DNA of 63,554 nt, the filler included, from Hyphochytrium catenoides (Eukaryota > Protista > Hyphochytriomycota): NCBI GenBank assembly GCA_900088475.1. It is 15 parts of 15 records of this genome, joined end to end, with 100 filler letters (N's around TTAATTAATTAA, not from the genome) between each part and the next. Parts side by side here need not be neighbours in the genome. Positions count along the whole stretch, not along the records: positions 1 to 1,585 come from FLMG01001723.1; positions 1,686 to 2,885 come from FLMG01001107.1; positions 2,986 to 13,326 come from FLMG01000666.1; 12 more parts are not named here. The stretch is one strand, 5' to 3'. This document shows, piece by piece, positions 1-10,868 of the stretch (positions are counted from its first letter, which is position 1; each line of letters opens with the position of its first letter). The position numbers were made by a program, and so were the translations under genes. The notes under the pieces were generated by a model. That model made no database searches. It saw only the letters and a list, made by a program, of their open reading frames with translations, and had not been told where the DNA came from.

Positions 1-253
1 GAGAGAGAGAGAGAGAGAGAGGAAGTAAGGGGAGAGTGAGAGGGCGAAGAAAGAGAGCCACAAGAGGAGAGAATAAAAGAAAAAGGAAAAGAAAGAGAGA
101 AAAGAAAGACAACAAAGAGGAGGAGAGGAAGAGTTGTTAGGGAAGGAGAGAGAGTGAGAGAGAAAGAAAGGGGGGGCGGTTGGCAGGGGAAGAGGAGAGC
201 AAGAGGTAAAAAAAAACGAGTTCCAGCAAAGAGAGAAAGGAGAATGCATCTAC

Positions 254-930
254 CTGATTGGCGTTCTAATAGAGACGCCGTCGCCATCTCTCTCTCCTGT
301 TCCTCGCAGGAAAGGAGGCGGGGAGGCAACACCGTCAGTCTCTTCTTCTTCTTCTTCTTCTCTCTCTTCGCTTTCTCTCACGGTTCCCAAAGAAGTCAAG
401 AGATGAGCATCAGCATCTTCTTTTTGCGCTCGGAAGACTCTCCGGATCCTTAAGAAGAGAGCAATGACGAGAACAGCGCAAAGAGCGAGAAAGAGGAGAA
501 AGGGAAGCTTTCCCCAGAGAGAGAGAAGATCCTCGCTGTTGCTATCGGGAACTGAAGCTCCAGCCATGACAACCACACCCACGATGACGAATGCCACGCC
601 TGACAAAAGAGAGAGCAAAAGAGAGAGAGAAAGATGGGGGGAGAGGGAGAGAGAGAGAGAGAGAGAGACAGAGACAAAGGAGACAGAGAGAGAGGAGAGA
701 GGAGGAGGAGAAGGGCACAGGAAGAGGATAAGAAAGGAGAGAGGAGAGAGAGGGAAAGCGCGAGAGAATGAGAGAGAGAGAGAGCGTCCCTGATGACACC
801 AAGGCAGGCAGACAGACAGAGAAGAGACAGACATAGAGCAAAGCGAGGGGGGTTAAGAGAAGGCTGAGACACAGAGCGAGGGAAAGATAAGAGGCGATGC
901 AAGCAAGAGAGGCAAAGGACTGATAGATAG

Positions 931-980
<50 letters not shown>

Positions 981-1101
981 GTCCTACCATAGAGGTCTGT
1001 TTTGAACAGTTTTTGCTTGAGCCAATAATGCGCCAGCAACACGTTCGCTACGATCGTGGTCCCGCCGCCAAGAGAGGCGACCACTGTCTGAGGCGCAAAG
1101 C
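254..1101 (-). CDS. NIPA-family (DMT superfamily) Mg2+ transporter-like protein, internal exons 1101-988 and 599-254 (partial)
   Basis: Spliced GFAPQTVVASLGGGTTIVANVLLAHYWLKQKLFKTDLY-GVAFVIVGVVVM matches the NIPA motif FAPxxLVAPLGxxxxxxNxxLAxxxLxE. GT-AG sites are in phase. Confidence 0.8.
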
Positions 1102-1549
1102 CTAAGACCAGGAGGAAAGAGAAAGAGAGAGAAAGAGAGGAAAGGAGAGAGAGAAGGAGGGGTCCAAAAGAAAGAGAGAGTCAGGGCTAAGCTACAAACA
1201 AGGAAGAGGAGACCAACTTCAGATCGCAAGCAATCGATCCCATGAAGGAGAGAGACAAACGGAGGCGGAAAAGAGAGAGAGAGAAGAGAGAGAAAGGCTT
1301 TGACCAGCCTCCCAGCCTGATATCCCTCCTGACGTTTAGAGTTGTCCCGTCCCTCTTGTAGGCTATAGCAATAGGACTGGCTGCCAGAATCTTTTCCTCT
1401 TCCTCTCTCTCTCTCTTCTTTCTCCCCCTCTCTCTCTCCTTCCTCGCTCCCTCCCGCCCACCACCTTTCATCATCTACCTCTTCCAGCTGTCCCAGAAGT
1501 TCTTCTTTCAGAACTGTCTAGGTCTCCAACTCTCTATGCTCGAAGCCGT

Positions 1550-1580
<31 letters not shown>

Positions 1581-2149
1581 CTCTCNNNNNNNNNNNNNNN
1601 NNNNNNNNNNNNNNNNNNNNNNNNNNNNNTTAATTAATTAANNNNNNNNNNNNNNNNNNNNNNNNNNNNNNNNNNNNNNNNNNNNCTTCTCCAGATCTCT
1701 GAAGCTCCAACTGCAGAGAGCACTTTTTTGAAAGAAGTTCTAAGTCAAGGTTTTAGAGATTATTAAGAGAGTTTAGGCCTGACAATAACCTGAGACGTCA
1801 TGCACCTATTATTATGATCACAGGCTATAACACTAAACCTCTAGGGGAAGGTTGTAGGGCAATGGAGTCTTCCCCATTATCGAAATAAAGCTTCATGGAT
1901 GAACCTCGCTCCCACATGGATACAAAAGTTGGGGGCTTCCCCCTCTTGGTCATTTTCCGAATGGTGGGTGGGCATGGGTGCATGGGCCATTACACACAGA
2001 CGGGGGTGGAGCTACGAGGTACAGCGTACAGGACTGACTGAAAAGTGATCGCATTCAGCTTCACAGCGAGCAGAAGTGACCGAAAAATGATCGTTTTACA
2101 CCAAAGAGACTCGAAAGTGACCAGTTTCGGGTTTACAGTGTTGTAGACT

Positions 2150-2538
2150 TTGTGTAGTCTCTGAGCTTGCGTTGCCTCCTGGAGGATAATACCCTCTAGA
2201 GAAAGGTCTGTCAAGCCAGAACGATTGTCATCCTTTTCCCACTTGATGATTGAAAAGTCTGACTCAACTGTAGAAGTTCCAGGAAAAACACTTGCCAAGC
2301 CACCAGCAAAATCACAGAGCGAGGGGAATCTGGTGTTAAGGCCACATGTAGCCCAGCTCTCTTCCAAGGAGGAGAATGAAAAACAGGCGTTTTCTAAAGC
2401 AGTACGTACAGCAGTGGTCCCTCTTCCATTATCTTCCCTGACAAAACGCATCATCGTGGTAGTAGTGAGTAGATCGCACACAAGCTCAGGAGTTGCGATA
2501 GTCGAGAATCTGGAAGTCACGCCTGAGAGAGAAGTCAA
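2150..2538 (-). mobile_element. Degenerate DNA-transposon (hAT-like C-terminal/dimerisation region) transposase remnant
   Basis: RFPSLCDFAGGLASVFPGTSTVESDFSIIKWEKDDNRSGLTDLSLEGII resembles the hAT-type C-terminal motif (S/T-x-x-V-E-S/R-x-F-S ... R-x-x-L-x-x-x-x-L-E) recalled from oomycete/diatom repeats. There is no intact upstream ORF. Confidence 0.7.
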
Positions 2539-2839
2539 GAAGTGTGGCCTCCTGCCGTCGTAGAACTCTCCCTGGAAGAAGAAAGAAAATGCGGGAAACT
2601 AGGGAGGTAAACACTAAAATATTAGCTTCCCTAATATTAACTATGGTTTACGCAGTCCTTCAAATCCGGGCTCAGGCGAACCTCCAATTCGGGCTTGACC
2701 CATTTAAATTCGGGTTTTCCCGAAGTGGACCCGGCCTTGACGCTCGAATAGCGTTAGCGGCCTCACAATGTGGGTATATTCGACAGCTTGGACCACCCAA
2801 CCTCCTTGTATGAAATTCCAGTCATTTACTTAGACCCCA

Positions 2840-2885
2840 TAAGAGCATCTCCACCGGGGGTCTCTATCGCTATCTCTATCGCTAT
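2840..2885 (+). mobile_element. Possible PIF/Harbinger (Tourist-like) element terminus, truncated by contig end
   Basis: TAA immediately followed by GAGCATCTCCA (2843-2853), then a subterminal tandem TCTCTATCGCTA x2. The other end is not visible. Confidence 0.4.
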
Positions 2886-2985
2886 NNNNNNNNNNNNNNN
2901 NNNNNNNNNNNNNNNNNNNNNNNNNNNNNTTAATTAATTAANNNNNNNNNNNNNNNNNNNNNNNNNNNNNNNNNNNNNNNNNNNN

Positions 2986-3141
2986 TTCCTCTCTCCTCTC
3001 CGTGAGAGATTTTTCTTCGCTTCCTCGCAGCCCAAGCCAGGACATGACCTGGGCGGTTGCAGATAAAGAGAAGATAACAAAAAAAGAGCAAGAAGAGTGA
3101 GAGAGGCAAGAGAGAGAGAAATAGAGGTGAGGGAAAACCTT

Positions 3142-3177
<36 letters not shown>

Positions 3178-6041
3178 CGTTTTCGGCTTGGAGAAAAACA
3201 AGACAAGCCTAGTGCCAAGGGCTACAGAGGAAAGGAAAGAGAAGCACATACATACAACCACAATGAAAGAGAGGGGAGGGAGAGAGAGTGAGAGAGAGAA
3301 GGAGAAAGAGAAAGAATGTACGAAAGAAAGAAGGACTTCGAGTTTCCATACCATGCCCGCTTTGCCTGCTGTGGCTTTGGTAGTGACGAGGGAGCCATTC
3401 TTTCTCTTCTCCTCTCTCAACTGTTCCTCTCTCTCTTCATCTCTTTCTCCTATCTTTCTGCAATAGAAGGCGTACGCTTCCTCTCTCTCCACCACCTCGG
3501 AGATTACTCTCTCAGCTTTCTGAGTTAATGTGGTTAGCAGGAGTGGGAAGAGGAGAGAATGGGGCAAGAGAGAGAAAGAGAGTTAGCAGGCACATGGGAA
3601 TGTCATGTAGCAGGAGAGAGACAACAGCAGAGATAATGACAGAGTGAAATGCAGAGACAGAAGCGAAATGATAGCTGGGTGATGACAGGAAGAGGAGACA
3701 CCAAAAGAAGAGAGGGAGAGAGAGAGAGAGATTGAGAAAAGAGAGAAGAACTAAACTACAGAAGGGAGAGAGGAGGAGAGAAATTTCTAGAGAAAAGGCT
3801 CGAGAGAAGTGAAGAAACGAAGGATCAAATAAGAGAGAGAGCGAGAGAGAAAGAGAGAGAGAAGGAAAGAGAGAGGGAAGAGAAAGAGCCCGCAAGAAAC
3901 AAAGGATTATAGGGCAGCCTTGACAGACTTAAGCGATAAAGGACCGGTCAAGAGAGACACGAGCACGAGCACTAGAAAATGCTGGGAAGGCAAAGGAAAA
4001 CAAAGAGAGAGAGCGGGAAATAAAAAAAGAAAAAAGAGGAAGAGATGAAAAAAACGAGACAGAGAGAGAGAGAGAAAGAAACATGGGTGGTCGGATAAGG
4101 ACAAGGAATGAGGAAACTCGCACATTTCTTAGGAAGTAAGAGTCAAATTCGGCCCTGAGGATCTGAAGCTTGAGCGCTTGAACGTAAGAGTGAATCTTTT
4201 CGGAAGTGAAGAGCTGAAGCGAGCTCTCTCTCTCTTTCTCCCTTTCTGACTCCTCTCTCTCTCTTTCTGTCTCTTTCACTAGGGAAGAAAATATGCAGAA
4301 GTCAGTATTGAGAAATGCAGAAAATTGACTGAAGAACATAGACGAGAGATCAAAGACAGGAGAACGAAGACAGAGAGAGAAGGAGAGAGAGAGATGGATG
4401 GCGATAGAAGTGGAGAGAAAAAAGTAAGAGGGGAGCTTTTTGAGATCTGACCGAAAGAAATAGCAGGGAATGAGACAGCAAAGAAGGGATAGTCTACGGA
4501 GAGAGAGAGAACGTGTGTGTGTGTGTGACAGAAACAGAGAGAGAGAGAGAGAGANNNNNNNNNNNNNNNNNNNNNNNNNNNNNNNNNNNNNNNNNNCAAT
4601 AAAAAAAGCTGGGTGATTACCCTTCGCAAGATCTTTGTTTCCAAACATGTACAGCACAGCCTCTTCCAACTCCTTCCTTTCCAATGTGCCTGAGAAGGAG
4701 AAAGGTACGGAAAAACAGGCCACGGAGAAAGAGAATCATCATCTGTGGATGGCTAGGAAGAGCGATGTGACAGTAAGACACATGTCCCTTCGCCGTCCTG
4801 TTCCCTTCCCTATGCAAATTGGCCGGCCCGCGATAAGGAAGATCTTCAAACTTAATTAATCTGAGCACACATACCCGCTCTCTCTCTCTCTCTCTCTCTC
4901 TCTTTCTGTTTCTGCTCTTGTAAAACGCTTACCATTCTCATTCTGGTCAATCAATCGAAAAGCCACATCGAACTGAGTCTCCCGTACTACAATGAACAAG
5001 AGAGAGAGAGAGAGAGAGGGGGGGAGAGAGAAACCGACACGGAAGAAGAGAGAGAGAGAAAACAACGAACAGAATCGGGATTAGAGAGAGAGAGAGAGAG
5101 ACAGAGACGGAAGGACGAAGTGATGGAGAAGAAGAGGGCTAGACGACATTTAGGCGGAATTGAACGAGAAGAGAAAGAGAGGGAGAGAGAGACGAAGTGA
5201 GAGACAGAGAGTGTGCGTGTGAGAGAGAAAGAGAGACCAGGAAAGGAAGAGAGACCCGAGACTTAGTACAGCTGTTACCTTCCAGGAGAGCGGTCAGAAA
5301 GAGGAAGTCCTGAAAGGAGATGAGACCGCGAGATGATCNNNNNNNNNNNNNNNNNNNNNNNNNNNNNNNNNNNNNNNNNNNNNNNNNNNNNNNNNNNNNN
5401 NNNNNNNNNNNNNNNNNNNNNNNNNNNNNNNNNNNNNNNNNNNNNNNNNNNNNNNNNNNNAGAGGAAGCAATTTATGAGAGAGAGCATCTGTGAGAGAGT
5501 GTAAGTGAGGGAAAAGAGGAGAGAGAGAGGGAGAGAGAGAGAGAGAGAGAGAAAGAGCTATGTCCCTCAGTATGTGCAAGAGACGGAGGGATAAGGAGCG
5601 AGACAGAGGAAAAACCTGAGAGAGACGAAGAGAGAGAGAAACGGGAAAGAGTCAGAAACAGAGAGGTTGCGTGTCTTTGTGAGTGTGTGTGTGAGAGAGA
5701 GAGGACCAGTCAGAGCGGCGTCTTCCTTGTACGCAAGAGGACGTGAAAGCCAGACAAAGGAAGAGGGCAAAAGAGGGGACGAGCAGGTAATAGAGCGGCA
5801 AGAGATGAAGACGACACATGTGAGGAGAGAGAGAGAGGGAGACTTTGTTCAAGGAAGAAACGGAAGAAGAAGCAGAGACTAAAGTAAGGGACTTAACAGA
5901 ATCAGAAGGACAGAAGAGAGAGAAGGACGAAAGAGAAAGCGAGAGAGATCAGAGGGCCAAAGTGAGGGAGAAAGCGAACAGATCATACAGAGAATAGAGA
6001 GAGAGACACGAAGATAGGGAGAAGAGAGAGACAGAGGGAGA

Positions 6042-6072
<31 letters not shown>

Positions 6073-6475
6073 CAGAGGAAGAGAGAAAAGGGTTCAATTG
6101 AGGGAGAAGGGCAACAGGAGAGAAGGACAAAAAGATACAGAAAGGGAAAGCCAGAGACAGAGAGGGGAGAGGGAGAGATAAAAGGGCTAAAACCACAGAG
6201 ACGACTGCATCACGAGGAAAGAGAGAGAGAAAGACTCAGTCGTACAGGATGAAAGAGGAACTTCTTCATCAGCTGCGCTCTGACAAAGTCAGCCGCCGTC
6301 ATTAGCAGTGTGTCTCTCTCTTCAGGGGAGAGAGAAGAGGACGACCGGATCGGAGGAGAGGGAGAGGAAAGGGAAGGGACAGAAGAACGTTTGCAGGCGG
6401 AGGCGCAGTCCAGGAAGCGCAACTCTTTAGAGTTTCCAGTGCGCATAGAATAGAGCTCGTAGAGATGTAGTCTGA

Positions 6476-6527
<52 letters not shown>

Positions 6528-7212
6528 AAAGGGTAGGGGGAAGAGAGGGAGAGAGACAGTCAAAGAGGAGAGACAAGGGAGTGGTGATGATGATTCTTTG
6601 TCCTTGGTCCTCAGGGTGTTCACTTTCACGGTCCTTTGTGTCTCTCCCCTCTCTGTCGCTCTCTCTCTTTCTCTATATGTCTGCATCCTATTCTTTTCTC
6701 TCTATCTGTCTCCCTCTCTCTTTCTGTTGCCTCTCTTTCTCTTTCTCTTCCAATGGCGTGCTGCGTTCTCTCCTCCTCTATTTACCTTCGTTNNNNNNNN
6801 NNNNNNNNNNNNNNNNNNNNNNNNNNNNNNNNNNNNNNNNNNNNNNNNNNNNNNNNNNNNNNNNNNNNNNNNNNNNNNNNNNNNNNNNNNNNNNNNNNNN
6901 NNNNNNNNNNNNNNNNNNNNNNNNNNNNNNNNNNNNNNNNNNNNNNNNNNNNNNNNNNNNNNNNNNNNNNNNNNNNNNNNNNNNNNNNNNNNNNNNNNNN
7001 NNNNNNNNNNNNNNNNNNNNNNNNNNNNNNNNNNNNNNNNNNNNNNNNNNNNNNNNNNNNNNNNNNNNNNNNNNNNNNNNNNNNNNNNNNNNNNNNNNNN
7101 NNNNNNNNNNNNNNNNNNNNNNNNNNNNNNNNNNNNNNNNNNNNNNNNNNNNNNNNNNNNNNNNNNNNNNNNNNNNNNNNNNNNTCGTTCTTTCTCTCTA
7201 TGTATGCATGCT

Positions 7213-7258
<46 letters not shown>

Positions 7259-7713
7259 CTCTCTCTCTCTCTCTTTTGCTCTCTCTCTCTCTCTCTCTCT
7301 CGCTCACTCGCTCTCTCTCTCTCCCCGTCGCCTCTCTTCCTCCTTCCTCTCTTAATGATGTGCTGCGTTCTCTCCTCCTCTATTTACCTTCGTTGAAAGT
7401 CTTCTTCTTCTTGATATTCTTCAACCAGGGGCTTCTTCTCTTCCTTTTCTTTCCCTCCTGTCTCTCCCTCCGTCTGAGCACTAAGAGAGAGTCCTCCCGC
7501 TGCAAGGAAGAGAGAGAGAGAGACGGCCACTAGCGCTCTGTCTCTTCTCTCTCTCGCTTCCCCCCGGGTCAGAAAGAGTGAGGAAGAGAGAGCCCTCCTC
7601 TCTCTCCGTCCGATCTCTCCTCTTCCATGGAAAAACTTCCTGGAAGAGAGACGAGAGACTCTCCCAAGACCTGCAACGACAGGCTGACGGCGGAGAAGAA
7701 AGCTCACGTTCAT
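2986..7713 (-). CDS. MICU-like mitochondrial EF-hand calcium-uptake protein, multi-exon, 3' truncated
   Basis: Exon 1 (7713-7388) has an Arg-rich presequence-like N-terminus. Exon 6471-6246 contains LLMTAADFVRA. Exon ending 5279 gives GLISFQDFLFLTALL. Exons 4986-4933 and from 4689 give QFDVAFRLIDQNENGTLERKEL (EF-hand). Exon ~4210-4125 gives ALKLQILRAEF. This order matches MICU1/2. Confidence 0.7.
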
Positions 7714-8057
7714 CTCTCCGTCTCTCCTGCCTCTCTCTCTCTTTCTCTCTCTCTCTATTCAATCTAGTACGCCCAGCATAAACCTTCCGCGGACTTTCTC
7801 TCTCCCTCGCTCTCTTCTCTCTTTGCTTTCTCTCTCGCTTCCTCGTTCGGCTTTTGATTGTTAGGAGCACCCTCGAGGGAGGTGAACAAGAGTGACGGCT
7901 TTTGACAGTAGGTCCCAGCTCCTCTCAAGTACTCACTTGGCAACTCACTCTCTCTCTCTCTCTCCTCCCTCTATTCTCTCTCTTGCTCTCCGTTTTCTCT
8001 TTCTCTCTCTCTGTCTCACTCGGTGTCTCTCTCTCAGGGCCTCTCAGTCTCTCTCTG

Positions 8058-8117
<60 letters not shown>

Positions 8118-8792
8118 GGTGACACGAGCTTTCCTTTTGATTTTGATGTCTTTTGCTTTTATAAAGAGTGATAAAAGTTTCATAAACCTTTTAATGATTT
8201 TATTAGGCCATGACATTTCCAAACATGAGGTTTCATAGCTCTACGACCATTACAGCTGTTGGAAGGCTTTTATCACTTTTTATTTCTTTTGTAAATGGCA
8301 TAAAATAACTCCACTTTTTTTCTAAAAAGATCCCAACATTTGTAGACATCAAGAAGAGAAACAGCAGCAGTTCTTACATTTTTTCTCTCCCTCTCGCTCT
8401 TCCCTCTTTCTCCTCTGTCTCTCTCTCCTCCGCGGATGCATTCTCTTTCTCTCTCTCTCCGCCGTTTGTGCTGCCGCTCTCTCTCTCTCTCACTCTTGCC
8501 ACGGATACGTTGAGTTCTTTCCTTGAGAAGAAAAGGACGCTTCGGTCTTCGCAGCAAAGTCTCTCTTTCTCGCTCCTGGTCCGTTTCTCTCTCTTTCTCT
8601 GCTAAAGGATCTTTGTCTTGTCTCTTCTTTCCAAGGACCAGGGCCTATCGAGTGTCTCCCAAGATGTCGGTACTTGCGACGCATCTCTCTCTTCTCCCAC
8701 CTCTTCCTCTCTCCTTTTCTCCGTCTCGCTCTCTTTCTCTCCCTCTCTTCCCCTTTCTTCTTCACTCCCGCGCTGTCTCTCTCTCAGTGGTG

Positions 8793-9612
8793 ATGGTGAC
8801 TCTTTTGCTCTTAAGCTTTAGGTTGCAGATATTGTCTTTCATAGCAGAATCTTCTCTCTCTCTGTTCCTCTCTCTTGTCAGTTATCTTCTCTCCCTCTGT
8901 TCTCTTTCTGTTCTCTATCTTTTCTCTCCAATCTCTCTCTCTCTGTCTCTCTCTCTCTTTCTCCTTCCTCGTCGCTCCTTACAACGCACACCTCTCTCTC
9001 CCTCTCTCTCTCAGGCGAAGAGCTCGAGCTACCACGCACATTTTTGGCTCCAGGAGAGGAAGAGAAGGTGGAGCAGGAGAGAGACACTCTCCTTATGTCG
9101 AGAGATACACTCCTCCTCCCTGGCTGTCATCTCTCTCTTCTTCTCTCTCTCTCTCTCCTCCTACACATCGCCTGGCCCTAGGAAACTTCCCTACGCCAAT
9201 CTTTTCTCTCTCTCTCCCTCCCTCTCTCCTTCCCGAGGGCGTCGAGCTCTATGTCAAGAGAGAAGACCTCAGTGGCTTTGAACTCTCAGGAAACAAGGTA
9301 CATGAACGAGAGAGACGGAGAGAGGAGAGAGAAGTGGAGAGAGAGAAAGGGTAAGGAGTTGTTTGAGAGCTAGAGCGGTAGGAGAGGAAGACAGAAAGAG
9401 AAAGAGAGAGAGAGATTGCGAGAGAGAGAGGGAAATGTCGGTAGAGAGAGTTTAGCTCTCTGTCTCCGCTCTGTCTCTTTCTTGCGCTGCTCCCTCTCTT
9501 TTTTCTCTGATTCTCACCCTCTCTCCCTCTCTTCATGCCCATCCTTTCCTGGTACACACTCTGTCAAGATTCGCAAACTTGAATTCCTTCTCTACGAAGC
9601 TCTGGAGCAGGT

Positions 9613-9653
<41 letters not shown>

Positions 9654-10136
9654 CTCTCCCTTTTTCTCCTTTGGGTCAATTCATTCCCCCTTCCCTCCTC
9701 CTCCATCCTCTCTCTCTCTCTCATTCTCTCTCTCTCTCTCCCTTTCTTTCGTTCTCTCTCTTTCTTTCTCTCTCTTTCTTTCTCTCTCTCTCTTTCTTTC
9801 TCTCCCTTTCTTTCTCTCTCTTTCTTTCTCTCTCTTTCTCTCCCTCTCTGTCTCTCACACTCTCTCTCACCCTCCTATATCTAGGGCGCAGACTGTGTGG
9901 TCACAATCGGAGGGCTCCAGAGCAATCATTGCCGCGCCACAGCGGCCGCCGCATCTCTTCTCTCTCTCCCTTCGCACCTTCTCCTAAGAGATAAACAGGC
10001 AGACTCTCTCTCTGTCTCTGCGGCTTATCCGGGACTTGAAGGGAACCTGCTGGTCGACTCTCTCCTTGGGGCGCAGCTCTGTCTCCTCTCCAGGGAAGAA
10101 TACGCCGAATATGGCAGTGAGGCAATTTTGGAGGTA

Positions 10137-10175
<39 letters not shown>

Positions 10176-10439
10176 CCGAGTGAGATAGAAATAAAGCAGA
10201 AACAGAGAAAGGAATATGCAAAGACACACAGTAGAGGCAGAAAGAGAAAAGCAGAGCTATCTACTTTCTCTTCTTTTCTTGTTTATGTTGCGCTGTCTTT
10301 GCTTATTGGTCTCTTTCTCTCTCTTCTCCCCTTTCCCCATTTCTCTTGCTCCTCTCCGCTCTCTTTGTGTCTAACTGTTTCCTCCAGCCAGCAACATTGT
10401 GCTCTCTTTCCTTTATTAACTGCCTCTCTTGTTACTGTA

Positions 10440-10511
<72 letters not shown>

Positions 10512-10799
10512 TCAGGACTATGCGGAAGGTCTGCGCCGCCTCGGTACAGCCTCGGTACCTGGGGATACTTGGACATGATGGGAGAACTTACGGAGCAGCT
10601 ACAGGTGCGTCTAAACAGAGAGAGGCTGAGAGAGAGAGAGAGAAAGAAAGAGAGACAACAAGAAAGAGATGGGAGAAAGCCACAGAAAGAGATGAAAGAG
10701 TCAAACTGCTCTGGAGAGAGAGAGAGAGAGAGAAAGAGAGACAACAAGAAAGAGATGGGGAAAAGCCAGGGAAAGAGAAGAAAGAGTCAAACTGCTCTG

Positions 10800-10868
<69 letters not shown>

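Noticed and set aside
1102-1585. Upstream exons of the NIPA-like gene, possibly with non-canonical splice sites
   Set aside because: Several hydrophobic frames exist but none can be joined confidently. Microsatellite-derived hydrophobic translation explains them equally well.
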